A DNA stretch of 61,452 nucleotides, from positions 1 to 61,452 of the IMG/VR virus record IMGVR_UViG_3300045996_001309; one strand, 5' to 3'. Below are positions 25,749 through 35,785 of this stretch, piece after piece. Source of the stretch: a virus. Taxonomy: Duplodnaviria; Caudoviricetes. The position numbers and the translations under genes are program-made. Within the stretch, counting starts at the first letter, position 1. Every line of letters starts with the position of its first letter. Under the pieces are notes generated by a model. That model searched no databases. It was not told the DNA's origin and was given only the letters and a program-made list of their open reading frames with translations.

Positions 25749-27451
25749 TACGCGGGGCCGTAGACCATGCTGCCGTCAGCAGCCTCGCCCGCGCCTACAT
25801 CGGTAAGCGTGGCGGCGGCCTCGGCGCCTGTCTTGGCTACGTCGGCGATCTGACCGGCGACGCCGAGCTGTTGCAGGAATTGCTGAGCTTGATCGCTTTC
25901 TTCGACAGACGCAGCCGTGGTCTGGTCATCATTCAACCAATCAGCAGGCGCGCGAATGCCGCGCGTCACGCTGTCGATCATGTTGATGAAATTGATCCGC
26001 TTCGGTGCATTCTGGTCAAACTGCGCCGCACCCGCTATGAGCGGCATGATCTGCGCCGCTTGGTTCACGCGATTAAGATCGATCGCGTCGCGAAGCGGGT
26101 TTTGGAAATCAAATACCCGCTCGCTCTCCATCAATTCTTCCGGTATCGGGACGCCACGGAATATCCCCATGTCAATCGCCACCCAGAACACCTCTTCCAG
26201 CAGCATGCTCAACCCAGCCTGCCACGGTGAGAATAAGGGCAAATTCTCTCTGATCCACTGCTCGACAAGCACGCTCGTTTCGTAAGCGGTCTTCGACTGT
26301 TGCGGGAGGCGGATCTTTGAAAGATACCAGTTATCCTTCATCGCAATTGTCGCGCGCATTATCAGGTCGAAGCCGATCGGGACGTTGCGATTATTTGGCA
26401 GCAATGGCTCGATCGCTGGCCCAAGGCGCTCGTCATAATCCCTGTCAACCCAGGTGATTCCGCCGGCAGACAAATCGATATCGCTCTTAACGGCGCCATC
26501 GACAGCCTTTAGCGGGCCGTCCAACGACTTTTCGCCAGCCTCCAGCAGCACTCGCGCCATGATCTGCATGCCGCGCGCATCGGCAATAGCCGTCATCGCT
26601 GCCGGCGAGTACCCATATTGCGACCCCGGTATCGTCATCCAGCGATCAACGACGTAACGAAAGCGCTCGCTCGCCCCTTCGCGCAACAACTTGCTGTGAT
26701 CGCTGTCATAATAAATCGAGGCCCACGGAGCTTGCCTGCGCTTTTGCCCACGCGGCTTTTGGTAGTAATCGTACTCAGAGGCCGGCATCATGACGTGGCA
26801 GAGATTGAACTCCTTGTCTGGGTCACTCTCCAGCGCTTCCTTGATGCCATCGGCCAGCTCGGCCTTTGGGAATTTCTGCTTGATGTGCCGCGCCGCCATG
26901 CGGAGCTTGCGGAACATCACGTCCGGCTTAATGCCGGTAATGTCCATGTAAAATGCGCAGTCGCGCGGGTGCCAGCACCGCATCACCGGAACCCGGTCGC
27001 CGTAGCGATCTATCTCGGACTCCGGGGAGATAATGTGATATCCGAAATTGACGTGATCACCGTCGCCTTCCTTGGTCGCGCGCTGGAACCCGTTCCTGAA
27101 ATCTCCCAGGAAATTGAGCCAGCGCTTATTGATGGCGTCCAAGGAACGAGCAATGTGCGGTTGCTCGTTCAGCTCCTCGTCCTGCGTCTGGACGCGGTTC
27201 CACTCCTGCCCATCGGGGCGCAACATCGATGAGCGCGCATCAGCGAGATCGCGAGCACAGCGCAAGGGCTCGCTGTCGAAGAGGTCCAGCGCGAACTCTT
27301 CGCCAAGCGTGCGCTCACCCATGAAGTCGGCGCGAACCGGGTAGAAGTTGAGAGCAAGCTCCTGGTGGAGGGAGTCAAGTCCACTCTTCGCGCTGAACGC
27401 CCTCTCCTCGCGCTTCTTCAGCTCGCGCGCGTTGTCGTCAGAGCTAGACAT
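25748..27451 (-). CDS. Portal (head-to-tail connector)
   Basis: 567 aa with RW...GSQYGYSPA and KTAYE motifs of T7 gp8/BPP-1-like portals. Confidence 0.92.
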   Translation of the reverse strand: MSSSDDNARELKKREERAFSAKSGLDSLHQELALNFYPVRADFMGERTLGEEFALDLFDSEPLRCARDLADARSSMLRPDGQEWNRVQTQDEELNEQPHIARSLDAINKRWLNFLGDFRNGFQRATKEGDGDHVNFGYHIISPESEIDRYGDRVPVMRCWHPRDCAFYMDITGIKPDVMFRKLRMAARHIKQKFPKAELADGIKEALESDPDKEFNLCHVMMPASEYDYYQKPRGQKRRQAPWASIYYDSDHSKLLREGASERFRYVVDRWMTIPGSQYGYSPAAMTAIADARGMQIMARVLLEAGEKSLDGPLKAVDGAVKSDIDLSAGGITWVDRDYDERLGPAIEPLLPNNRNVPIGFDLIMRATIAMKDNWYLSKIRLPQQSKTAYETSVLVEQWIRENLPLFSPWQAGLSMLLEEVFWVAIDMGIFRGVPIPEELMESERVFDFQNPLRDAIDLNRVNQAAQIMPLIAGAAQFDQNAPKRINFINMIDSVTRGIRAPADWLNDDQTTAASVEESDQAQQFLQQLGVAGQIADVAKTGAEAAATLTDVGAGEAADGSMVYGPA

Positions 27452-27499
27452 TGCGGCTCTCGTATGACGGCCCCGCGCGCGCGGTACGCATTGCGTACC

Positions 27500-27973
27500 C
27501 TAGCCGCGAAAATCGCGAGTGATGATCATTGACCTTTCGAGCTTCATCTCGGAGACCTTGACCTTGCTCTCGTCACGCCAGTCGTCACCCTGGTCAACAA
27601 AGACCCGATGCCGCGCGACACGCTCGCTCGGCGCCGCAACAAGAACGCGGTTCGCCACGTTGCTATACATGAACGGCGCATCGTCCGCGTTCATCGGCTC
27701 GACGATCCACAGCTTCATGTTCGCTGCGCTAGCACCTTCGGCTTCCTTGTTGATGGCCTCTTGCTCTTTGGTAAGCTCATCCGCCTTCTTGCGCGCTTCG
27801 GCGAAAAACTTCTTGTTGTCAGCATCACGCTGCTCGGCGGCGGTCATCTTTTGGGGCTCGGCCGCACGGTCCGACGCATCCGACGCTCGCGCTCTCGGCG
27901 GTGCCGCCATCGGCCGATTTTCAATCGACGAGGCCGCAGATGCGGCTGCTTCGTTCCTATCATCGCTACGCAT
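27500..27973 (-). CDS. Hypothetical protein
   Basis: ORF with AGGAG RBS and a low-complexity N-terminus. Confidence 0.6.
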   Translation of the reverse strand: MRSDDRNEAAASAASSIENRPMAAPPRARASDASDRAAEPQKMTAAEQRDADNKKFFAEARKKADELTKEQEAINKEAEGASAANMKLWIVEPMNADDAPFMYSNVANRVLVAAPSERVARHRVFVDQGDDWRDESKVKVSEMKLERSMIITRDFRG

Positions 27974-27997
27974 CGTTGTTGCTCCTATCGAAATTGG

Positions 27998-28246
27998 TTA
28001 ACGGACGCCGAGACGGTCGCCGGAATACCCGGTGTCGTCAGTCAAGATGGTCGATAACGAGCCGCCGCCGCCGCCAATCTGTTGCGCCATGCGACGACGC
28101 TTGCTCATGATGGTCGAAAGATCATCCGCTGCCGGCGGCATCGGCAAGGGGGGCGCTGGGGGCGGGGGCGCCGCTGACTTCCCGCCGCCGCCGAAAGCCG
28201 CAACGGGCGGCCAGGGATCGGGTGGCGCGTAAAGATGGCGGAACAT
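27998..28246 (-). CDS. Small Pro/Gly-rich virion protein (T7 gp7.3-like position)
   Basis: MFRHLY...FGGGGKS, poly-Pro, and STILT...LG C-terminus, upstream of the portal. Confidence 0.65.
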   Translation of the reverse strand: MFRHLYAPPDPWPPVAAFGGGGKSAAPPPPAPPLPMPPAADDLSTIMSKRRRMAQQIGGGGGSLSTILTDDTGYSGDRLGVR

Positions 28247-28253
28247 TGTTCGC

Positions 28254-28646
28254 CTACGCCCCGTAGCTCGCTGCCGCCAGCGTTGCCACACGCACGGGGC
28301 GCCCGCCGATAACTACAAATACGTAGAAAGCGGTATTCGCGGTATCGGTGATCTCCAGTACATACGTGCCTGCGCTTCCAGCCTGCACGCGCAAATGCTT
28401 TTTTGCCGTGACCGTTTCGAGATCCTGCCCGGCCCCGTTATTCACGACGGTTCCAGATGCGGATGTGGCAGTCAGTCCGTCGCCCGTAGCCGAATCGCTA
28501 AGGAATACATCGAATATCGCGCCGCCGATCGGCGAGCCATTCGGGTTTCGAGCCGTGATCGTCACGGTTGTGACATCCGCCGCACCGGCAGCGACTACCG
28601 CGCTGGCGCTAGTCATACGTTTGAAATAATCCAGATCAACAGCCAT
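28254..28646 (-). CDS. Hypothetical beta-rich (Ig-like/decoration) protein
   Basis: AGGAG RBS and Ala/Thr/Gly-rich beta pattern. Confidence 0.55.
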   Translation of the reverse strand: MAVDLDYFKRMTSASAVVAAGAADVTTVTITARNPNGSPIGGAIFDVFLSDSATGDGLTATSASGTVVNNGAGQDLETVTAKKHLRVQAGSAGTYVLEITDTANTAFYVFVVIGGRPVRVATLAAASYGA

Positions 28647-28701
28647 GAAAGTCTCCTTTGAGCGGTTATCAGCGGTAAACTAGGAACGCGCTAAGCCTTA
28701 C

Positions 28702-30225
28702 TTATTTGCGCCATTGCGCAGCGTGGCGCATATACCGCTTAACGCCGCTATACCCGACATTCGCGCGGGCCTGCCTCGTCGCGTTGGAAACCGCAATCTC
28801 AGGCGCCCTTATGAACTCCAAGCCGCGCCCTATCAGCGAGCACACATCAACCACGTCATCATGCAGCCCAGCCGGGAAACGCAAAAGCTGCCCAAGCACG
28901 TCCGCTTTCCACGGCGCGAGATACGGCACGTACACCTTGCCACTTGCAGCCATCGCCTGAAACGGGCGACACCGTGTCGCCTTGTCATGCATGCTCGCCA
29001 GCCATTCCAGACGGCACCATGCATGGCGCTGTTCCATGCGGTTACGTAATGACGCTTCGATCGCTAGCTGAATAACGCCTTTTTCGCCAAACCAACATGC
29101 CGGCTTGTACTGGTTAATCAAGTTACACTGCGCATCGATCCATTCGTCTGGCGTCGTTTGCCCCCGCCACCAATCAACGATATGGATATTCGATTGATGA
29201 TCTATCCCGAATATACCGTGCTCGGTCCAATCACCCTTGCCTTCGCTCACCGCGTAATCGCTTGCGCCGTAATAGGTTAGCGTGCCAGAGCGGTCCTCTG
29301 GACCTAGAACATTGAACCAGTCTCTCTTGAAATAATCACCGTCCTCGCCGGTTGGCTCGCCTTGGTACAGCGCATTCCAAACGCGAGTATCACGCTTTGC
29401 GTCCTCGACCATTTCGGCCGTGAACCAATCAGGCCACAGGCGTTCGCCGGGCTTGCGGCCCAAAGGATCGTCAGGGCCGGCTTCCATCTTTAGGTGGAGG
29501 ACGGTCCATTTCGGACCTTCGTAAAGCAGGATTCGACCAGCTAAGTCATCTTCGTGCCAGCGGGTTGTGACAAACGCCTGCTTCGAGCCGGGCTTCAGCC
29601 GGGTAAGAAAGTCGTTCAGCCACCATTCCCAGGCGCGCTCGCGCATGCGGTCGCTATCGGCATCTTCTCTTGACTTGACTGGATCATCGATAATCCCGAC
29701 ATCGGCCCGCCGGCCGGATACCGCGCCCCCGATACCGACCGCAAAGTATTCGCCGCCTTTCTCAGTAATCCAGTGATCGGCGGCCTTGCTATCTGCTTGC
29801 AGGCCAACGCCAAACACTGCGCGGTGCTCGGCCGACCCATAGATGTTGCGAACGCGGCGACCGAATAACTCTGCCAGATCATGCGTATGACTTGCAGCGA
29901 TGATGTTCTGCTCTGGATGCCTACCCATGTACCATGCCGGGAACAGCACGGAGACGTTCGTAGACTTGGCGCTTCCGGGCGGCATGATCACCATCAAGCG
30001 CTCGATGTCGCCACGCTCGACTGCTTCCAGATGCTCGATAAGCAGGTGATGGTGCGCGGCTGGCTGTATGCCGATGTCTAGGAAATTGACGTACAGCGCC
30101 ATGCGCGCTTGCGCCGCTTGCTTGTGAAAGGCGAGTAATTCGGCTGGCGAAAAGCCACGGAGCAACGCAGCAAAGGCCGCCGGATCGGTGTCAGGCGGAA
30201 GGCTGGCTAAGGCTTGATCTAGCAT
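28702..30225 (-). CDS. terL: Terminase large subunit
   Basis: MPPGSAKS Walker A, IIDDP Walker B, TRWHEDDLAG, and FPAGLHDDVVD nuclease motif. Confidence 0.96.
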   Translation of the reverse strand: MLDQALASLPPDTDPAAFAALLRGFSPAELLAFHKQAAQARMALYVNFLDIGIQPAAHHHLLIEHLEAVERGDIERLMVIMPPGSAKSTNVSVLFPAWYMGRHPEQNIIAASHTHDLAELFGRRVRNIYGSAEHRAVFGVGLQADSKAADHWITEKGGEYFAVGIGGAVSGRRADVGIIDDPVKSREDADSDRMRERAWEWWLNDFLTRLKPGSKQAFVTTRWHEDDLAGRILLYEGPKWTVLHLKMEAGPDDPLGRKPGERLWPDWFTAEMVEDAKRDTRVWNALYQGEPTGEDGDYFKRDWFNVLGPEDRSGTLTYYGASDYAVSEGKGDWTEHGIFGIDHQSNIHIVDWWRGQTTPDEWIDAQCNLINQYKPACWFGEKGVIQLAIEASLRNRMEQRHAWCRLEWLASMHDKATRCRPFQAMAASGKVYVPYLAPWKADVLGQLLRFPAGLHDDVVDVCSLIGRGLEFIRAPEIAVSNATRQARANVGYSGVKRYMRHAAQWRK

Positions 30226-30432
30226 CTACAGAATATCCGGATCGCACTGGTCCAGCGCATTCCAGCTAGGAACTAGAGCAATCCGCTGCTTGAATGCTCG
30301 GGCGAATTTGCGCGCGACGCGACAGGACACAGAGCAGCAACGGAACTGCTTGAAATGCACTCGGCTAACGCCTCTCGGCCGATCGAACAGTTTACCGCAT
30401 TGCATGCAATGCTTTTGATCGCATGCCTTCAT
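30226..30432 (-). CDS. Small Zn-finger protein
   Basis: CMQCG...CCSVSC. Confidence 0.55.
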   Translation of the reverse strand: MKACDQKHCMQCGKLFDRPRGVSRVHFKQFRCCSVSCRVARKFARAFKQRIALVPSWNALDQCDPDIL

Positions 30433-30731
30433 GGTGCCGGCATGGGTTCCTGGGCAGGCTCTGCTGGCGCCGGGTCTGGCTCTGGCGCCGGGTCTACTGG
30501 CGCCGGGTCTGATGCCGGGTCTGGCTCATCTTCCGGAAGACGAGCCCATAATTCGGCCGACTGCCGCTCGTATTCTGCACGACGCAACAGAAGCTCGGCG
30601 GCAGTCTGTAAATGCACCGCATCACAGGACAACAGCGCCTTGGCGACTGCCTTCAGGATTCTATCGTCCTGCTCGGTCGGAACTCGATCGACGAGCGGCG
30701 GCAGCTTGTCGGGATTATTCGATTGCGCCAT
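30429..30731 (-). CDS. Hypothetical protein with a Pro/Asp-rich tail
   Basis: GGAGG RBS and DPAP repeats. Confidence 0.55.
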   Translation of the reverse strand: MAQSNNPDKLPPLVDRVPTEQDDRILKAVAKALLSCDAVHLQTAAELLLRRAEYERQSAELWARLPEDEPDPASDPAPVDPAPEPDPAPAEPAQEPMPAP

Positions 30732-30742
30732 TAGCCTCCCTC

Positions 30743-30861
30743 TGTCGCACTAGACCCTGCCCCACTGTCGCTGTCGCAGCATGCCCGAAAACTGTCGCAC
30801 ACGAATCTGATCTAAGCCTATGCGACACAATGCGCCAAACGTCCTAGAATCTATTGCGACA
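30743..30861. repeat. Cluster of TGTCGCA heptamers in direct and inverted orientation
   Basis: TGTCGCA at 30743, 30772 and 30793. TGCGACA at 30821 and 30855. One variant at 30766. Confidence 0.7.
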
Positions 30862-30862
30862 C

Positions 30863-31384
30863 TCAGGATTGCTCGGCGTCATCGTCGATATCGCTGGCGC
30901 CGTCGATGCTGTGTTCTATACGTGCGGGCGCGCGCGAGGGACGCGAGCCGGGTGCGGCAACCATCAACATGATCGCTTGCGCAATCCTGTCAGGATTAGC
31001 CGCGCGCTCGGGAATGAGGGCTGCGCCGTTCGCGCCAGTCATTTCCAAACGATCGCCAAACTTGCGCGGATACAATTTTGAAGCCAGCCATTTGCGATTG
31101 TCCGCCGCCAGCTTTGCCGCTTGTACTGTCGCGGTATCTGTCGCGTCGCGCACACTATCAGAAATATCAATTATATCGTCAGCGTAATATTCTACCTGCA
31201 TTTCTCTCGCACGCGCGTAGCGAGCGCCAAACCCGTTAATGTCCTCAACAGCCCATCGCTTAACGGTCGCAGTGCTGGGCATTTCTCGATCGAGACAAAT
31301 CTTATTCAAAGTCTCGCCCAACGCCAGACGCAAGCATACCTTTGTGGCGATATCATCTGAATAATCAAACGCGCGCGAGCCCAT
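30863..31384 (-). CDS. terS: Terminase small subunit (Sf6 gp1-like)
   Basis: GETLNKIC..MPS..TV.RW, YARARE and RKWLASKLYPRKFGD motifs. Confidence 0.92.
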   Translation of the reverse strand: MGSRAFDYSDDIATKVCLRLALGETLNKICLDREMPSTATVKRWAVEDINGFGARYARAREMQVEYYADDIIDISDSVRDATDTATVQAAKLAADNRKWLASKLYPRKFGDRLEMTGANGAALIPERAANPDRIAQAIMLMVAAPGSRPSRAPARIEHSIDGASDIDDDAEQS

Positions 31385-31472
31385 AAAACCTCATCACCAT
31401 CATTACGCGCGTCAAGCAGCGCAATCACCCACAACCAAAGCGTCGCGCTCGCGCGCGTCACTAATAGTCTCT

Positions 31473-32675
31473 TTAACCAAGACTCAATTCATAAAATGAA
31501 TCAGAAGACCCATCTGTTGGTAATGTTACTGGCGTCGTGACATTAAAACAGGTAAAGCTGCCACGATTGCCATACGTCCCAATATCCTCATATACACCAA
31601 ACTGGACATCTTGCATTATGTTGTTGTACATTCTGTTGTGGTGCGGAGTATAATCAACGCCCGCAGAAGTTGTAGGCATTAACCGAATACACTTCTGTGA
31701 TTGATATCCATCCCATTCGCTAAACCGGAATATATTATTATTTATAACCCCGCCTACACCATGCACCTCAACTGCATTGACCGGTCCAGCAACAGTTATA
31801 TCGCCCCAGTCTTCAACAATGTTATGGGCAAAAATAAACGACTCTGGAAACATCTGTGCGGCACGGGTTGCTGTTCGCTTAAAGTAATTCCCGGTGACGA
31901 TCATCTCATGTGCTGGAGTATTAAAGGCTTCCAGCCCAACGTCGGGAGTGATACCGAGATTAGCAATACCGCCGCGACAATCAACAATATGATTACCCTG
32001 GTATGAAACCCGTCGCTCGTTGCGCTTGTGCGTACCAGCAAACCGGCAGCGATAAAATCGTGAATTGGTTACGCTGACATCACCATATGCGTCTAGGGTA
32101 AGGGTTCCCTGCGGGACGTCATCTGTCCCGATAGGTCCGTTTCCATAGATCGCTGTGTCAGGCTGGCCTATGAACAGGCAATCGTCGATTGCCCCATGCG
32201 TACAGCCGCCGTAGTCAATGCCAGCGTCGCCCATCTCGTCACGCCAATCATCGGCGGCAATAAACTCGCAACCTCGCACGGTAAAACGCCGTAAATAGCG
32301 AAGAATGAGTGCCGAGCCTGATCCTTCGTTTGCGATATAGGTACGCAGAGAATTGTCAATCGTCAGGTTTATCAGCGTGACGGCCGCATCCGATCCGACC
32401 ACGCCGTCAAACCGCACAACCGGAGACGCAGAACCTCCCTCACCCTTGATGATCGCACCGGGTGCCGTGTGTAACGTAAGCTGCCGGTCAAGCTCCAGCG
32501 TCACATAACGATCAATTAAATATACCCCCGGCGGCGCCCAGCCCGGGATCTGCAGCGAGGTGCATTCCTCGATCCAATCTTGCACCGCCGTAGTGTCATC
32601 GGTTGTGCCGTCACCTTTCGCACCATGCCGACGAATATCAATTCGTGTGGCCGGGTGTGTTCCTAATATCAACAT
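31473..32675 (-). CDS. Right-handed beta-helix (pectate lyase-like/tailspike) protein
   Basis: GAKGDGTTDDTTAVQ...PPGVY start followed by beta-helix repeats. Confidence 0.85.
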   Translation of the reverse strand: MLILGTHPATRIDIRRHGAKGDGTTDDTTAVQDWIEECTSLQIPGWAPPGVYLIDRYVTLELDRQLTLHTAPGAIIKGEGGSASPVVRFDGVVGSDAAVTLINLTIDNSLRTYIANEGSGSALILRYLRRFTVRGCEFIAADDWRDEMGDAGIDYGGCTHGAIDDCLFIGQPDTAIYGNGPIGTDDVPQGTLTLDAYGDVSVTNSRFYRCRFAGTHKRNERRVSYQGNHIVDCRGGIANLGITPDVGLEAFNTPAHEMIVTGNYFKRTATRAAQMFPESFIFAHNIVEDWGDITVAGPVNAVEVHGVGGVINNNIFRFSEWDGYQSQKCIRLMPTTSAGVDYTPHHNRMYNNIMQDVQFGVYEDIGTYGNRGSFTCFNVTTPVTLPTDGSSDSFYELSLG

Positions 32676-32686
32676 AAATGATATCC

Positions 32687-33688
32687 TTACGGCACTTCTG
32701 CTGCGGCTGTCCAGTGTACACGCATAACATTACCAACTGCTGTTGATGCATGTCCTGTAGTTTGTATCGCAAATCCTGACGCAGTAACTCCAATAGCCTG
32801 CGTTAATGTACAATTGCCCGCCGCTGTTGAGTCACGTACCTGTGAATTTAATGCAGACGGATTGTAGAATGTAATATTCGGCGCCATATACATCGGTTGC
32901 GGAAACCGAATATAAGGGGATATCATAACATTGGCACCAGCAACCGTTGCTGGGAAAATATATTCCCCCGTGGTTTCCCCAACATTTTGGGCCGGCGACA
33001 TTCCAGCAAATGTCTTGTTATAATATCGACTGCAATATTGGTATTCGTCAGCAAGCGAACGCCGCTTATAATCTGGCGTACCATAACAAACACAGATTTG
33101 CACATTAGCTATATCAATCGTCATCGTGTTTATAGATGTCAAACCAGATGACAATCGAATCTTCAATGTAATAAAATCATTGTTATCAGAACCAAGCGTT
33201 TTACCAGAGACCGATGGCAGGGTATAAAGAAACGTAAAGGACTGCCAATCGCTTGTCAGCGTTGGTGTATACACGGTTGTCGTGACAAAATCAGATGGAG
33301 TTCCACCCGTGCCAAATACTTGCTGAAGCCAAAGGCGAGGATCTCCGGTCCCGGAGCTACGCCTCAGCCATAAATTTAGGGAAACAGGCACCTCGGAAAG
33401 AGTAGAAACACCTTCCCAGCGTTGTTCAACATCAATTGAACCAAGCTCCTCGGCAACGCCGACGGCTTCACATCGCAGAAAGTATTTAGGGTTTCCGGGG
33501 ACCTCAGTTTGACCTAATGTAAAAGACTGGCGTGACATCGTTAGCGTCGATGTACCGATAGTCGTATTCCGCCAACGATCTGCCGTTGTAAAACCAACTA
33601 CCGACGATGCCAAAAACCCACGTTGCCATAAGTCAAATTGACCATTATGTATTAAGTTGCCATTACCCGGAATGCCGCTGCTCATCAA
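32687..33688 (-). CDS. Fibre-associated carbohydrate-binding protein
   Basis: NLIHNGQFDLWQRG...ADRW and EYQYCSRYY motifs common in phage fibre proteins. Confidence 0.75.
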   Translation of the reverse strand: MMSSGIPGNGNLIHNGQFDLWQRGFLASSVVGFTTADRWRNTTIGTSTLTMSRQSFTLGQTEVPGNPKYFLRCEAVGVAEELGSIDVEQRWEGVSTLSEVPVSLNLWLRRSSGTGDPRLWLQQVFGTGGTPSDFVTTTVYTPTLTSDWQSFTFLYTLPSVSGKTLGSDNNDFITLKIRLSSGLTSINTMTIDIANVQICVCYGTPDYKRRSLADEYQYCSRYYNKTFAGMSPAQNVGETTGEYIFPATVAGANVMISPYIRFPQPMYMAPNITFYNPSALNSQVRDSTAAGNCTLTQAIGVTASGFAIQTTGHASTAVGNVMRVHWTAAAEVP

Positions 33689-33698
33689 ATTACCCTAT

Positions 33699-34370
33699 TT
33701 AATTCACAATCCATTCGCCAGTGACGGATCGGGCAATCCATTCTCCCCCGACACGGGCATGTAAGCAAACAGACGAATGTGGTGAATCTGATTCAATACT
33801 AGAACCGGAGGTTCCTGTTCCTGTTCCCAAAGCAATCGTGTTTCCTACAGGAGCTGTTAGCTTTAACAGGAAAGTTTCAACCACAGTGTAACAACGTGTC
33901 GGAGCTATTGGGCTGGCCCCCGGCAATGTAATTTCAGTTGTGGTTGTTGCTCCCGCATTATCGAAATCTAAAATTTGACCGGAATAGTTAAGATCAATAG
34001 GTGTTCCATTGATCATAAGACTAAATGTCGTCGCGGCTCCACCGTAACCATTCAATGAAATAACGGCCGCACCATCTTCATACCCGATGCACAAGGAATT
34101 ATAAGGGCCGGTAGTGACAGCATCATTGACACAAAATCCGAGACCAGACGAGGTTACGGAAAATGGATTTAAGCCACGCCCAAAGGCATCACCGGCAATA
34201 CCGCCGGCCGCGCCATAACGGCCCTGAGTAATCGCCTTAAGGGCGTCGCCGGGGACAAGAACACCATCTTGAAAGGCTGGAGTCCGTTGGGCAAATGCTG
34301 AAGGCGATAATGCAGGGAGGCTGCCAATCAACAGAACCAGCCCAGCAATAAATCTTATTGCCGCATTCAA
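33699..34370 (-). CDS. Exported fibre adaptor-like protein
   Basis: Signal ending SAFA, 4 Cys, and a C-terminal EITLP...W...GEW adaptor-like domain. Confidence 0.6.
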   Translation of the reverse strand: MNAAIRFIAGLVLLIGSLPALSPSAFAQRTPAFQDGVLVPGDALKAITQGRYGAAGGIAGDAFGRGLNPFSVTSSGLGFCVNDAVTTGPYNSLCIGYEDGAAVISLNGYGGAATTFSLMINGTPIDLNYSGQILDFDNAGATTTTEITLPGASPIAPTRCYTVVETFLLKLTAPVGNTIALGTGTGTSGSSIESDSPHSSVCLHARVGGEWIARSVTGEWIVN

Positions 34371-34746
34371 TCGGGTCTCCTTAAATCACATCAATTTTCT
34401 TGATTTTTAATACGAACCGTTATCCTGCGTTCTGTCACTGCTCAGAATGGCAATTGCCCAACGAAGAGCATCCCGCTCGCGCTCATCATACGCATAATCC
34501 CACCCTACCGATTCCTTGGCCGCGATCCTGGCCGCCAGATAGCTCGCGCGCTCGCGTAGCGTATCTAGCTTGTCCGCCGCGTTAGGCACTGAGCACCACC
34601 CAAGCCAGTAGAACGCCTGCTGCTACGGGCGCAGCGAGAGAGGCTGCGATGATCACTAAGTCGCGAAGCGCGGGAAACGGCGGCATCGGCAAATCCCACC
34701 ACACAATGCGCTCCTAAAAAAAATCACGGGTCCGCAAATTAGGGCA

Positions 34747-34775
34747 TTGACAGCCCCGTAAGCATGTCCTATATT
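34747..34775 (+). promoter_or_regulatory. sigma70-type promoter P1
   Basis: TTGACA-N17-TATATT with an upstream A-tract. Confidence 0.8.
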
Positions 34776-34832
34776 CCGGTCATCGCAAGGGCAATCAAGC
34801 CCAGCGAGGCAAGGGCAGGAGGCCCGACAAAG

Positions 34833-35471
34833 ATGAAGATCAAGACAGCTCGCCAAATCGCAGGATCAATCGGATATCCCAGCAAAATGCCAGGAACCTC
34901 GTACGGCATACCGGCGCAAGCGTGCAAGACTGGCTCGAAGCTAGCCGCGATCGAGGGTAGCACTTGCTCCAGCTGCTACGCGCTGAAAGGCAATTACATC
35001 TACCCGTCAGTCAAAACCGCGCAAGCAGCCCGCCTTGCTGGCATTGAGCACGATCAATGGATCGAAGCGATGGTTACGCTCCTCAGCAACGCTCATAGCA
35101 AAGGCGATTTGCCGCCGTTCCACCGTTGGCACGATAGCGGCGATCTACAATCCCGCGATCACCTTGCGAAAATCTGCGCCGTCGCTCGCGCAACTCCGTG
35201 GCTGCAGCACTGGCTTCCGACGCGCGAAGCCAAGATCATCAAAGATTTCGTCCGCGACGGCGGCAGCATTCCAGCCAATCTGACGATCCGTGTCAGCGCA
35301 ACCATGATTGATGGCCCCGCCCCGAAATCCTGGCCGCAGACCAGCACGGTTCATAGCGCGACAACGCCAGCCGGCAACGTATGCCCGGCCCCGATGCAGG
35401 GTAACAAGTGTGGCGACTGCCGTGCATGCTGGGATAGCAGCGTCGCCAACGTATCCTACCACGTACATTGA
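34833..35471 (+). CDS. GP88-like protein (radical-SAM-related Fe-S protein)
   Basis: SKMP, C..G...C..CYA, RWHDSGD, HWLPTRE and C..C..CRACW motifs. GGAGG RBS. Confidence 0.85.
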   Translation: MKIKTARQIAGSIGYPSKMPGTSYGIPAQACKTGSKLAAIEGSTCSSCYALKGNYIYPSVKTAQAARLAGIEHDQWIEAMVTLLSNAHSKGDLPPFHRWHDSGDLQSRDHLAKICAVARATPWLQHWLPTREAKIIKDFVRDGGSIPANLTIRVSATMIDGPAPKSWPQTSTVHSATTPAGNVCPAPMQGNKCGDCRACWDSSVANVSYHVH

Positions 35472-35479
35472 TCACAACG

Positions 35480-35511
35480 GCGCGGCGGCAACGCCGCGCC
35501 TACAGGAGCAC
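35480..35511 (+). repeat. Hairpin+RBS element, copy 1
   Basis: GCGCGGCG-GCAA-CGCCGCGC followed by CTACAGGAGCAC. Confidence 0.8.
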
Positions 35512-35516
35512 GAATT

Positions 35517-35762
35517 ATGACGATAGCACGCGATGATGACGGCACGTTCTCAGCCTATGCATGGCCTGGGGGATACCCGATTTTCCATGTCACTGTCGAT
35601 TGTGACGAGCTATGCGCGAAATGCGCAAATGAGCATGGCCACACTAACGAGCCGAAAGACGATTGGCAGATAATAGGATCAGATATCAACTGGGAGGACG
35701 AAAACCTTTTATGCGTTCACTGCGGCGAACGTATCAAAAGCGCCTATGGCGATAACGAATAG
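35517..35762 (+). CDS. Small Zn-binding hypothetical protein
   Basis: AYAWPGGYP, CAKC and CVHCG..I.SAYG motifs. Confidence 0.75.
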   Translation: MTIARDDDGTFSAYAWPGGYPIFHVTVDCDELCAKCANEHGHTNEPKDDWQIIGSDINWEDENLLCVHCGERIKSAYGDNE

Positions 35763-35785
35763 GCGCGATCTATCCACAGCACCCA

